From Flavobacteriales bacterium (GTDB lineage Bacteria; Bacteroidota; Bacteroidia; Flavobacteriales_F; PHOS-HE28), in assembly GCA_016721825.1 (NCBI GenBank), contig JADKHI010000001.1, forward strand, positions 512,314-576,313: DNA of 64,000 nucleotides, read 5' to 3'. The notes under the pieces were generated by a model. The model was given only the letters and a program-made list of their open reading frames with translations. It did no database searches and was not told the origin of the DNA. How positions within the stretch are numbered: the stretch's first letter is position 1; each line of letters opens with the position of its first letter. Below, piece by piece: positions 9,903-20,471 of the stretch. A program made the translations under genes and the position numbers.

Positions 9903-10994
9903 TTGAAAGCGGCCGGCCTTTGCGAAGGCTACATCACATCATTTGGTTGGTATGCACTAGATGATGATTGTAACGGCGGTCCCTCATCTCCCTTCACCCA
10001 AGGAAAGATCACGATCGAAGCCAGGATTGGAACAACGGCGAACAACGATTTCGCGACAGCGCCGGGCACATTCGTGGACGCAGTGCGGACCTCTGTACAG
10101 CGTAACTGGACGGGAACACCACAGACCATCATTGTCAGTGGTGGCTGGAACCAGATCCCTCTGAACATCAATCCTCTGGCACCTGGCGGCGTCGCTGGGT
10201 ACTTTTGGGACGGTGTCAGCAATATCGTGTTGGATTGGAGCTGGATCAAACAAGCCGCAGATGGTCGTAGTCCGCGTGTTTGGGTACACAATCCAGCCAT
10301 ACAGCCACGGACCCGCATCATGCGCCACCCGTCCGGTGCAAATGGAAACCTCTATGACGATGCACCCGTGAATCCGGCCACGGCTGTGATCTGCTACACT
10401 AACGAACTGACCCGTCCGGTCACACGCTTCGGTGGCAATATCAAGACCACGTCGTACACGGCCTCTACGGCCAGCTACATCCATTATGCGGGTGGCTTGA
10501 ACATTGGTGATGCAGTTTGGTCCGCTGCCAACTACCGCGGCCCGGGTACGGTCAGCGCCCAGCAAGGCGTGTATGATGGCAACAGCCAGTTGAACGACCA
10601 TGTGTTCGACCGCTACTTCGATGGTTCGATCCGTGAAGAGGATGCAGCGGCTGCAGCAACCTACGATCACATCCCGCTGCGTGATCTGAAGCCTTACCTT
10701 GAAGAGGAGCGGCATTTACCGAACATGCCTTCACGTGAAGAGTGGGACGAACAGGGAGCCCCTTCCTTGGGCCAATTGCAGAACGGCCTCTGGCAGGAAG
10801 TGGAGACCCAGGCCCTGTACATCACTGAACTTGAACGGGACCTGGGCGCCTTGGAAACGCTCGCCTTCGGGGAGGCCCTCACCCCGGAGCAGGTGGCGTC
10901 CGTGCTGGCCGAGATCGAACGAAGTCCGCGCCTAACGGAGCAACAGAAGTTGCATTTGGTGTCCGCTTTGAAGCAACGCACCCCAAAGCAGTGA
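9903..10994 (+). CDS. Tail-fibre-like secreted protein family, C-terminal fragment (no signal peptide; probably the remainder of 8516-9571)
   Basis: It carries the family central motif (FWDGVSNIVLDW) and C-terminal module (GPGTVSAQQGVYDG..LNDHVFDRYFDG..RHLPNMPS..ETQALYITELERDL). The ORF-track start is a TTG. Paralog homology (RQYIYTAAEL) continues upstream to the in-frame TAG at 9855-9857. Confidence 0.65.
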   Translation: MKAAGLCEGYITSFGWYALDDDCNGGPSSPFTQGKITIEARIGTTANNDFATAPGTFVDAVRTSVQRNWTGTPQTIIVSGGWNQIPLNINPLAPGGVAGYFWDGVSNIVLDWSWIKQAADGRSPRVWVHNPAIQPRTRIMRHPSGANGNLYDDAPVNPATAVICYTNELTRPVTRFGGNIKTTSYTASTASYIHYAGGLNIGDAVWSAANYRGPGTVSAQQGVYDGNSQLNDHVFDRYFDGSIREEDAAAAATYDHIPLRDLKPYLEEERHLPNMPSREEWDEQGAPSLGQLQNGLWQEVETQALYITELERDLGALETLAFGEALTPEQVASVLAEIERSPRLTEQQKLHLVSALKQRTPKQ

Positions 10995-10998
10995 CCCG

Positions 10999-13233
10999 AT
11001 GAACACTCACAGCGCATCGACCATGAAGAACCTGTCCGCTCGCCGTTCATTGCTGCTGGGCATGCTGCTGTTCAGCGCCGCTGCCATGGCGCAGAACAAC
11101 GTGGCCATCAACAACACGGGTATCTCCCCTGTGCCCAGCGCCTTGCTGGACGTGAGCACGAACCTGACCGGCGCGGCCTCCAAAGGCCTGTTGATACCCC
11201 GCATGGTCTCCACGGCCTCCGTGCCCGTGAACGCCACCACGGACGGTATGTTGGTCTACCAAAGTGGCGGCACGCCGGGTTACTATTACTACAATGCCAG
11301 CATCCCTGCCTGGGTCCGGATCCAATCCGGAAACGATGGTTGGGAGGTCTGGGGCAACACGCTCGCGTTCCCGGCCCAGGAATGGTTCGGTACCACGGAC
11401 AATCAGGATGTGGTGTTCCGCACCAACGGCGTGGAACGGATGCGTTTGGATGCCACGGGTGATCTGGGGGTGGGCACCGCTACACCGACCGAACGACTGG
11501 ACGTGAGCGGAGCGCTCCGAATCTTCTCGCACACTTCCAGAGCCGTTACCGACGGTGGCGTAGGCTTCGCGAACCAGTGGAGCGCGACCGATTTTGTTGG
11601 TGTGGTCACATATCAGAAGGATACCATTAAGGACAACAATGCGGTACTTGCCAATGCCCGCTATCTGATGGCTCCAGGTCACTACGGACAGACGGTGAAC
11701 GGCAGCGCGATCAATGGAGTGGCAGCGACCTCGAACATCGGTGGTTGGAAGAAGTTGGAGAACGATTACAACGAGGTCTTCAACGCTCCTTATGAGTTCA
11801 ACACCGCCACCTGTGGTGGCGGTGCAGCCGTTGCGGAGATTACATCCCCACCCCTCCCAGCCATTGCGGCGAACACGACCACGGCGCTCCCTGTCGCTAC
11901 GCAGTCACTGGTGAGTCCATACGTACACGGTCCTTTAGCGGGCCAAGCGCGGATGTACCGCCAGCAGTTCATGTTCCTGCGCAGTGAGTTGGACGCTGAG
12001 CTCAACCAGTTGTACGGAGTGAACGGTACGCCCTCGCCCCTTGCCACGCAAGGCATGTGTCCGGGAGCCACGATCACGAACCTGGCTTTCTTTATCAATC
12101 AAGCAACGATTGCCGGAACGGGTGCGGGTGGAAGTCAGAAAACGTGGTCCTACAGCATCATTGTGAAGCACGCTCCGGGTGGGCTCAACAACCTGTCCGG
12201 AGGCTTTGATGCTTCCATCGACCCGGCCGCCGGCTGTTCATCTTCTGCATCACAGAACAGGCCAGCTGTCACGGGTCCTCCAACATGGGACCAGTTCAAC
12301 CTGATCACTCCATTCGTGTGGGACGGTGTTCGCAACATCATCGTCGAGCTTGCAGTGAGCTACACAGCTACAGCCTCCAATCCGGGGCCCCTTGCTGTGA
12401 AGTTCGCGACGATCCCAGGGGCGGCCCCGGCCAACCAGCTCACCTACACCCAGTGGGGTAACTTCCCTCAAGGTGGGGCGGGGTGCAGCTTGCCAGGCAC
12501 CACACCCTGCAGTGCTACTTTGTTCTTCGCCGGTCAGCCCAGTACCGGCTGTAACACCGGTGGTGGCGTGGGTTCCGCCAGTCAGCGCCCAGTTATCCGC
12601 TTCGGTGCCTCCAGTGGTTTCTCTACCATTACGCCGCTGCCCGCCGTGCCTTTGACAGGCCCCTACCTCCAATACGCTGGTGGGCTGGTGGTCGAAGACC
12701 CTGCCGCTCCCCCTGCCGGATTTGCGAACTGGGGCTGGCAGACCACCCCTTACTATGCCTTCAAAGGCCCCCTGAACATCTCTGCTCAAAAGGGCGTGTA
12801 TGACGATGGTGTTCGCCTCAATGACCATGTCTTCGACCGCTACTTCGATGGACAGGTACACCCCGCTGATGCGGCCACCTTCGGTCAGCAGCGCACGCTG
12901 ACGATCGAAGAGATGGCGGCGCACACCCAAGCACAACGCCACTTGCCGACCATTCAAGGCCGCGCGGACTGGCAGCGTGAAGGGTCTTTCTCCTTGGGCG
13001 AAATGGCGAACCAGCTCTGGTCCACGACAGAGACCCAGGCACTGTACCTGACCGAACTGAACGACAAGTTGGATGCATTGGAGATCCTGAGCGTTCAGCG
13101 ACCGATCAACGCTTCGGAATTCAAGACCGCCAAAGCAGCTGTGACCACCATGCCCGAACTGACCGAGCAGGAGAAAGCCGCTTTGATGAACGACCTCGGT
13201 AATCGGCTTTCACCAGCCGCCGAACAACACTGA
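10999..13233 (+). CDS. Tail-fibre-like secreted protein family, intact paralog
   Basis: Signal peptide (alternative start MKNL at 11023). N-terminal motif QNNVAINNTGISPVPSALLDVS..SKGLLIPRM. C-terminal module GPLNISAQKGVYDD..LNDHVFDRYFDG..RHLPTIQG..ETQALYLTELNDKL. Confidence 0.8.
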   Translation: MNTHSASTMKNLSARRSLLLGMLLFSAAAMAQNNVAINNTGISPVPSALLDVSTNLTGAASKGLLIPRMVSTASVPVNATTDGMLVYQSGGTPGYYYYNASIPAWVRIQSGNDGWEVWGNTLAFPAQEWFGTTDNQDVVFRTNGVERMRLDATGDLGVGTATPTERLDVSGALRIFSHTSRAVTDGGVGFANQWSATDFVGVVTYQKDTIKDNNAVLANARYLMAPGHYGQTVNGSAINGVAATSNIGGWKKLENDYNEVFNAPYEFNTATCGGGAAVAEITSPPLPAIAANTTTALPVATQSLVSPYVHGPLAGQARMYRQQFMFLRSELDAELNQLYGVNGTPSPLATQGMCPGATITNLAFFINQATIAGTGAGGSQKTWSYSIIVKHAPGGLNNLSGGFDASIDPAAGCSSSASQNRPAVTGPPTWDQFNLITPFVWDGVRNIIVELAVSYTATASNPGPLAVKFATIPGAAPANQLTYTQWGNFPQGGAGCSLPGTTPCSATLFFAGQPSTGCNTGGGVGSASQRPVIRFGASSGFSTITPLPAVPLTGPYLQYAGGLVVEDPAAPPAGFANWGWQTTPYYAFKGPLNISAQKGVYDDGVRLNDHVFDRYFDGQVHPADAATFGQQRTLTIEEMAAHTQAQRHLPTIQGRADWQREGSFSLGEMANQLWSTTETQALYLTELNDKLDALEILSVQRPINASEFKTAKAAVTTMPELTEQEKAALMNDLGNRLSPAAEQH

Positions 13234-13247
13234 ACACCGGCACGACC

Positions 13248-15224
13248 ATGAAGAACACGATGTTGCTCAGGAACGCGCTGCTCGCAGGGCTGCTGTTGGG
13301 TCCGGTGCTATTCACCGAGGCGCAGATCGCCATCAACAACACGGCCACGGCGCCCAACCCTTCCGCCATTCTGGACCTCAGCGACCTGACGCGCGGCCTC
13401 TTGGCGCCACGCATGTTACGCGCTGAACGCTTGGCCATCGCGGCACCGGCCAACTCGCTGCTGGTCTACCAGACGGACGATATCAACGCCGGTCTCGCCA
13501 CCAACGAGCTGAAAGGCTTCTGGTACCGGGATGGCGCCGCGTGGGTTCGGATCGGCTCCACGGCCACGGCTTGGCAATTGGGTGGAAATGCCGGCACCAA
13601 CCCGGCCACCAATTACATGGGTACCAGTGATGCCCAAGACCTAAGCTTCCGCGGCAACACGACCGAGGGTGCCCGCTTGATGGGTGCTGCTGGTGCGAAC
13701 CAAGGTTTCTTCAACGTAGGTCAACCTGTAGGTACCAACCCCATCGCCCCCCAAGAGCGCATGGAGGTGAACGGTGCCATGCGCCTGAACGGCACCACCG
13801 CCACGGCGAACGCTGGTGACATCCGCTTCGATGCGAGCAAGGGCGTTCACGAGGGCTACACGGATAATGCCCTCGCCTATCCCGCCTCCGGTTGGTACCA
13901 GTTGGAGAACGTGTTCGGATCCCGGCCGAAAGAGACGTATTCTTCAACGGCGACGGTCACCTGCCAGTATCCCTCGCTCGGGCCCGCACCACCCAACTCC
14001 AACGTGTTGGCCCTTCCCCGCCCCTGGCCGATCATCGATGACCCCACCTTCCCGAACATCAGTTCGTTCGGAACGCTGGAAACGCCCTACAGCACCTTCT
14101 GGGAGGATGGCCGCCACCAGTTCCTGTACCGCGCTGCGGATATGGCGACCTTGAACATTTGCCCGCTGACGGACATCACCGCCATCGCCTTTCAATGCCC
14201 GGCGGGTGGAGGTCAGCAGTTCCGCAACGCCAAGGTGAACATGAAGAACACCTTGAGCGCCTCCCAGGCCACATTGGACCTGGCCGGTCTGGTGCCTTTC
14301 GGTGATTATGCCGCAACCCCCTTCACCCCCGTGGCCGGTTGGAACATTCACCAATGGAACGTTGCGAACCCACCCTACCAATGGCAGTTGGGATTCAACA
14401 TGCTGGTGGAGTTCTGCTTCGACAACCAGGATTGGACGAGCAACGTGGCCGTGAACTCGGAGAACACCACCTATCTCGCGAACTACAGCCTGTATTGCGA
14501 TGCATGCGGTGGTCCGGGTGGTCCGTGCTTCTACACAGGTCCGTGCAATGCGAACAATGCGATCCCGCCCCCTGGACCGGGTTCGGGCGGCACCCTTTGT
14601 GTTGGATGGGGCTTCGGTGGCTTGGCGGGTGGCGGTTGTGCTTGGACAACGACCACGCCTCTCCAGACCTGCGATGGAACCGTCCAGTTCAACGGTGCGC
14701 AAGGTGCTTTCAGCAAGCGGCCTTTGCTGGCCATGTTCGCCCAGAACACGGCCGGTGCACCCACCTTGCCTAGGGCTGATTACATCGTGGCCCAACAAGG
14801 CGTTATGATCGGTGCTGCCGCATGGGCCACCAGTGGTGCCTTCCCGAACCAGAAGTTCAAAGGGCCTGGGACCATCAGCGCTGAAAAAGGCGTTTTCGGC
14901 GGTGGTCTGCTGTTGAGCGACCACGTGTTCGACAGCTATTACACAGGCGCCGTCAGCCCGGCCGATGTTGCCAAGGGCAAGTACTACGCGCACATGCCCA
15001 TCCGCGAAATGGCCAACTACGTGGAGCAGAAGCGTCACCTGCCCACCATGGACGGCCGCGAGGCTTGGCAGACCACTGGCGCCTTCAGCGTTGACAAGGT
15101 GACCAGCCAGATGTGGGTGACCGTGGAGGCACAAGCCCTTTACATCAAGGAGCTGAACGAGCGCATGGAAGCGCTGCAGAAATTCCTCGTGGAGAAGCGC
15201 TTGAACGAACTGAAGAAGAAATAA
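13248..15224 (+). CDS. Tail-fibre-like secreted protein family, intact paralog
   Basis: Signal peptide MKNTMLLRNALLAGLLLGPVLFTEAQ. N-terminal motif IAINNTATAPNPSAILDLSD..RGLLAPRM. C-terminal module GPGTISAEKGVFGG..LSDHVFDSYY..RHLPTMDG..EAQALYIKELNERM. Confidence 0.8.
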   Translation: MKNTMLLRNALLAGLLLGPVLFTEAQIAINNTATAPNPSAILDLSDLTRGLLAPRMLRAERLAIAAPANSLLVYQTDDINAGLATNELKGFWYRDGAAWVRIGSTATAWQLGGNAGTNPATNYMGTSDAQDLSFRGNTTEGARLMGAAGANQGFFNVGQPVGTNPIAPQERMEVNGAMRLNGTTATANAGDIRFDASKGVHEGYTDNALAYPASGWYQLENVFGSRPKETYSSTATVTCQYPSLGPAPPNSNVLALPRPWPIIDDPTFPNISSFGTLETPYSTFWEDGRHQFLYRAADMATLNICPLTDITAIAFQCPAGGGQQFRNAKVNMKNTLSASQATLDLAGLVPFGDYAATPFTPVAGWNIHQWNVANPPYQWQLGFNMLVEFCFDNQDWTSNVAVNSENTTYLANYSLYCDACGGPGGPCFYTGPCNANNAIPPPGPGSGGTLCVGWGFGGLAGGGCAWTTTTPLQTCDGTVQFNGAQGAFSKRPLLAMFAQNTAGAPTLPRADYIVAQQGVMIGAAAWATSGAFPNQKFKGPGTISAEKGVFGGGLLLSDHVFDSYYTGAVSPADVAKGKYYAHMPIREMANYVEQKRHLPTMDGREAWQTTGAFSVDKVTSQMWVTVEAQALYIKELNERMEALQKFLVEKRLNELKKK

Positions 15225-15242
15225 CCGCTGATCGTATCTCAG

Positions 15243-15270
15243 GAAAGGGGTTGCTTCGGCAGCCCCTTTC
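15243..15270 (+). terminator. Stem-loop terminator after the paralog cluster
   Basis: GAAAGGGGTTGC-TTCG-GCAGCCCCTTTC: a 12-bp stem (one G-U pair) closed by a UUCG tetraloop, 19 nt after stop 15224, followed by GCTTTCGC. Confidence 0.6.
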
Positions 15271-15331
15271 GCTTTCGCACCTGCCGGGTCCACCGATCGC
15301 CCTCCGATGCCCCGGCTATCTTCGCCGAGCC

Positions 15332-15928
15332 ATGGACCTCCTCCCCCTAGCGCTCCGCCTTCGGGCACTTACCCTTGCCTTCGCCTTGGCCGCTGTGCCG
15401 CTCTGCAAGGCTTCCGGGCCAACACCGGGTCCGGCCACATACGCCTTCGGCCTCAGCCTGGCCGCCGGGCAGAACGGGCAACTGTTCACCCTGTTCACCG
15501 TGAAGGTGTTCGAAGGAGCCGTGATCGAGACCCGCCCCCTGACCCGGGAACAATTCATCCGCCAAGTGCAAGGACGGACCTTCAGCAACGCGAACACCGA
15601 TGCCGAGGACCTGTTCCGCAAGCATGGGGTCAAGGCCTGCACCCTGCCCGAGGATAGCGCCGCCATGGGCTTTCTGACGGACTGCTCGACCTTGGACGAC
15701 CTGTGGAGGCTGCGCTTCTGGGAATATCCGCTGGCCATGGGCGAAGGTTCCCGCCTGGGCAAGGGCTGGAGCGAAAAGCCCACCATTCCGAGTGAGCGCC
15801 AGCTCTTGCTCCTGAGCGATTACGGGATCAAGTACACCACCGACATCTGCTACGGCGAGAACATGTTCCGCCTGCTCCGGGACATGGGCGACCCGGCCTG
15901 GGTCGACAATTACCGCAAAGGCTATTGA
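15332..15928 (+). CDS. Hypothetical secreted protein
   Basis: ORF 15113-15928, with the start moved to ATG 15332, which gives a signal peptide (MDLLPLALRLRALTLAFALAAVPLCKASG). I recognise no family motif. Confidence 0.55.
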   Translation: MDLLPLALRLRALTLAFALAAVPLCKASGPTPGPATYAFGLSLAAGQNGQLFTLFTVKVFEGAVIETRPLTREQFIRQVQGRTFSNANTDAEDLFRKHGVKACTLPEDSAAMGFLTDCSTLDDLWRLRFWEYPLAMGEGSRLGKGWSEKPTIPSERQLLLLSDYGIKYTTDICYGENMFRLLRDMGDPAWVDNYRKGY

Positions 15929-15930
15929 CC

Positions 15931-16920
15931 ATGTCCCGCTCGATGGACCCTGCCGAACTGTTCCACCTATTGCGCAGTGGTGACCGGGCAGCATTGGCTC
16001 AAGCCATCACCTTGGTCGAAAGCACCCTGCCGATCGAACAGGTACGCGCCGAAGAGCTGTTGGAGCGTTGCCTCCCTTTCGCACAGGACTCCTTGCGCAT
16101 CGGCATCACCGGCCCGCCCGGGGTGGGGAAAAGCACCCTGATCGACGCCTTCGGCATGCTGCTGATCAAGCAGGGCCATCGGGTGGCCGTCCTCGCCGTG
16201 GACCCCAGCAGCCAGCAGAGCGGAGGCAGCATTCTTGGCGATAAGACCCGCATGGAACGTCTGGGCGCGGAACCTGCAGCCTTCATCCGCCCCACGGCTT
16301 CCCGTGGCAGCTTGGGTGGGCTCGCGCGGCGCACACGCGAAGCCATGGTCCTGTGCGAAGCCGCTGGCTACGACCGCATACTGATCGAGACCGTGGGCGT
16401 GGGCCAGAGCGAACTGGACGTGGACCACCTCACCGACCTCAATGTGCTTCTGACGCTGCCGGGTGCCGGTGACGAGCTTCAGGGCATCAAGCGCGGCATC
16501 ATGGAAAGCGCAGACCTGATCGTGGTGACGAAAAGCGATGGGGCCAACACCGCCCGCGCCAACGCCGCCTTCCTCGACCTTCAACATGCGGTCCAACTGC
16601 TCCCCCCACGCGCACACGGTGGCCGGGCAGAGGTCCTCGCCTGCTCAGCGCTCATGGGCGAAGGTCTGGACACGCTGCGGGACCGCATCGCACAGCTTCA
16701 CGAACGCTTCCAAGCCAATGGTCATCTGGCTTCGCGCAGGGCCGCGCAGGAAGGTTGGTGGATGCACCGCACGGTGGAAGAAGGCCTGCTTCAAGCGTTC
16801 CGCACGCATCCGAAGGTGATCGAGGCCCTGCCTGCCCTTGGTGCAGAGGTCGAGGCCGGCCGCATCAGCCCCTTCAAGGCCGCCCGCCAGCTTCTGGAGC
16901 TCTTCAGAACAGCTTCCTGA
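15931..16920 (+). CDS. meaB: Methylmalonyl-CoA mutase accessory GTPase MeaB/ArgK (G3E family)
   Basis: P-loop GITGPPGVGKSTLI, DPSSQQSGGSILGDKTRM, ETVGVGQSE and the VVTKSDG guanine-specificity motif. The ATG lies 3 nt after the upstream stop. Confidence 0.85.
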   Translation: MSRSMDPAELFHLLRSGDRAALAQAITLVESTLPIEQVRAEELLERCLPFAQDSLRIGITGPPGVGKSTLIDAFGMLLIKQGHRVAVLAVDPSSQQSGGSILGDKTRMERLGAEPAAFIRPTASRGSLGGLARRTREAMVLCEAAGYDRILIETVGVGQSELDVDHLTDLNVLLTLPGAGDELQGIKRGIMESADLIVVTKSDGANTARANAAFLDLQHAVQLLPPRAHGGRAEVLACSALMGEGLDTLRDRIAQLHERFQANGHLASRRAAQEGWWMHRTVEEGLLQAFRTHPKVIEALPALGAEVEAGRISPFKAARQLLELFRTAS

Positions 16921-17443
16921 CCTCGTCCTTCAGCACGAGCAGCGCTGCTTGGCTGGGTGCATAGGTCAACTGCGAGGCCAGCTCGAACACGCGCTGACTC
17001 AACATGGAAGCGCTCTGGTTCTCCCCCGTTTGCTCGAAGGCGATGTTCAGCAGCCGGATCGTCTCCTCCTTGGCCATTTTCACCTGCTGCCAGGTCTTCT
17101 CGGACACATAGACCTGCTGGGTGAGGTTGTGCTCGAACTCTTCGCGCACCGTGGCCAACAGCTCCATGTGCAACATGCGGCTGGTCATGTTGCTCTTGTG
17201 TACGCGCAGCACCAAGGCCCCGGGCGTGATCCGCTCCAGGAACAACGACAAGCGCTCATAGGCCTGCAGCCGCAAGGGCAACACGTGCTTCCGGTCCTCC
17301 TTCTTCAGGTCCGTCAAGCGGTCATTCTGCCGCATGGCCCTGTCCTGCCCCAGGAACTGGCGGATGGCGTAGAACGCCGTGAGGAAGACCACCAGCGATG
17401 GCAGAATGGCGAACAACAGGTCGAACAGGCGGTCCTCGGTCAT
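16904..17443 (-). CDS. Hypothetical membrane-anchored protein
   Basis: One N-terminal TM helix (LFDLLFAILPSLVVFLTAFYAI) followed by a helical soluble part. Its 3' end overlaps meaB convergently by 17 nt. Confidence 0.6.
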   Translation of the reverse strand: MTEDRLFDLLFAILPSLVVFLTAFYAIRQFLGQDRAMRQNDRLTDLKKEDRKHVLPLRLQAYERLSLFLERITPGALVLRVHKSNMTSRMLHMELLATVREEFEHNLTQQVYVSEKTWQQVKMAKEETIRLLNIAFEQTGENQSASMLSQRVFELASQLTYAPSQAALLVLKDEVRKLF

Positions 17444-17513
17444 GGTGGGTAACTGTGTTGGCGAATATCGGCATCGCTGAGGGAACCGGGCCGTCCGCCG
17501 GACGTGGGATCGT

Positions 17514-17521
17514 TAGTTTTG
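17514..17521 (+). promoter_or_regulatory. Candidate Bacteroidetes -7 promoter element (TAnnTTTG)
   Basis: TAGTTTTG lies 33 nt upstream of ATG 17554, in the divergent intergenic region. Confidence 0.35.
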
Positions 17522-17553
17522 CGGCCGCCCGCGACAGCGTGGGCCTACGCACT

Positions 17554-18728
<1,175 letters not shown>

Positions 18729-18732
<4 letters not shown>

Positions 18733-19718
18733 ACCCCAAGGACGCGTTCGATCGCTTCGCTGGCACAACGGCCCTTGTTGTGGGCGACGTGATGCTCGAT
18801 GCTTACCTGTGGGGGCGTGTAGAACGCATCAGCCCGGAGGCGCCCGTACCGGTGGTGCATGTGACCGAACGCAGCGAACGGCTCGGGGGCGCGGCGAATG
18901 TGGCTCTCAACATGCGTTCCCTCGGTGCGAACCCCGTTGTGGTGAGCATGATCGGCAACGACATCCATGCCGACCAGCTGGACCGCCTGTTCACTGAGCG
19001 TGGCCTTTCGACCCAAGGTCTGCTGCGAAGCCCTCAGCGCCGCACCACGGTGAAGACGCGCGTGATCAGTGGCCACCAGCACATCGTGCGTGTGGATGAA
19101 GAGATCGAAGCGGACCTGCCGCCCGCGGATGAACGGTCTCTGTTGGCGCACATCGGAAAGCTCATCGCCGAACATCGGCCGGGCGTGATCGTGCTGGAGG
19201 ATTACAACAAGGGTGTTCTGACGGAAGCCGTGATCGAAGGCGTGATCATGCTGGCCCGTGCGAACGGCATTCCCACGGCCGTGGATCCCAAGAAGAAGAA
19301 CTTCTTCACCTACAAGGGTGTTGACCTGTTCAAGCCCAACCTGAAGGAATTGCGCGAAGGCCTGAAGACCGAGATCATCGCCGGTGATGTCACCTCCGTG
19401 CGCACCGCTGTGCGGCACTTGGAAGAGCGCCTGGGCAACGCCGCGTCACTCATCACCTTGAGCGAGCACGGCGTGTATGTTCATCGAGGGAACGAGGAGC
19501 ATTTGATCCCCGCACACCGTCGCACGATCGCTGATGTGAGCGGCGCCGGTGACACTGTGATCGCGGTGGCCGCCTTGTGCCTGGCGATCGGATCGGACCT
19601 AAGGACACTTGCCGCCTGGAGCAACTTGGCCGGTGGTCTGGTGTGCGAGCAGGTCGGCGTGGCACCCATCGATCGGGCGGCGTTGTTGAGCGAATGTGAG
19701 GAACTGGACCAGCGATGA
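18729..19718 (+). CDS. rfaE: D-glycero-beta-D-manno-heptose-7-phosphate kinase-like PfkB-family sugar kinase (RfaE/HldE domain I type)
   Basis: N-terminus VVGDVMLDAYLWGRVERISPEAPVPVV..RLGGAANVA and C-terminal DVSGAGDTVIA are typical of RfaE domain I. ATGA overlap with the upstream gene. Confidence 0.75.
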
Positions 19719-20443
19719 ACGTCACCCCCTATTCCGGCGAAGGCACCAAACGCGAGCAGGTCGAACGCATGTTCGACGCCATTTCGCCGAAGTACGACCT
19801 GTTGAACCGCCTGTTCTCCATGGGCATCGACCAGGGCTGGCGCCGCAAGGTGATCCGCATGGTGGGTGAGGAACCCGTGGACCACCTGTTGGATGTGGCC
19901 ACCGGCACTGCCGACCTGGCCATCCTGGCCAGCTTGAAAGCGAAGCGAGTGACCGGTGCGGACATCTCCGAAGGCATGCTGGGCCTCGGCCGGGAGAAAG
20001 TGACCAAGCGAGGCCTCTCCGACCGCATCACCCTCGTGCAGGCCGATTCTGAAAGTCTACCCTTTGCGGATGGCGCCTTCGATGCCGTCACCGTCGCATT
20101 CGGTGTGCGGAACTTCGAGCACCTGGCCGTTGGCGTAAAGGACATGGTGCGTGTGCTGCGGCCGGGCGGAAGGCTGTTCGTGCTGGAATTCAGCAAGCCG
20201 CACAAGACCCCGTTCAAACAGCTCTTCCGCTTTTACTTCCACCGTGTGATGCCGACCGTGGGCAAGGCCATCAGCAAGGACAGCGCCGCATACACCTACC
20301 TCCCACAAAGCGTCGACGCCTTCCCGGAAGGTCCTGCGTTCGAGCAGGTGATGCGCGATGCCGGGCTTGCCGAGGTCCGCTCCTTCCCGCTCACAGGAGG
20401 CATCGCCACACTTTACCGGGGGCGCCGACCGGCCACGCACTGA
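19715..20443 (+). CDS. ubiE: Demethylmenaquinone/ubiquinone C-methyltransferase UbiE/MenG
   Basis: MFDAISPKYDLLNRLFSMGIDQGWRRK, SAM motif LLDVATGTADLAI, and RVLRPGGRLFVLEFSKP. ATGA overlap with the upstream gene. Confidence 0.9.
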   Translation: MNVTPYSGEGTKREQVERMFDAISPKYDLLNRLFSMGIDQGWRRKVIRMVGEEPVDHLLDVATGTADLAILASLKAKRVTGADISEGMLGLGREKVTKRGLSDRITLVQADSESLPFADGAFDAVTVAFGVRNFEHLAVGVKDMVRVLRPGGRLFVLEFSKPHKTPFKQLFRFYFHRVMPTVGKAISKDSAAYTYLPQSVDAFPEGPAFEQVMRDAGLAEVRSFPLTGGIATLYRGRRPATH

Positions 20444-20471
20444 TCGTCCGCTACATTCGTTGAACACTTCG

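Noticed and set aside
13944-15368. Long antisense ORFs overlapping well-supported genes (for example 13944-15368 -, 17560-18768 -, 21223-22404 -, 24410-25981 -, 26167-27261 -, 28605-29861 -, 29961-30977 -, 30996-32000 -).
   Set aside because: This is the typical artefact of GC-rich DNA. The translations are Arg/Ala/Gly/His-rich low-complexity sequences without motifs. The opposite strand encodes recognisable conserved proteins such as PNPase, RpoD and FbaB.
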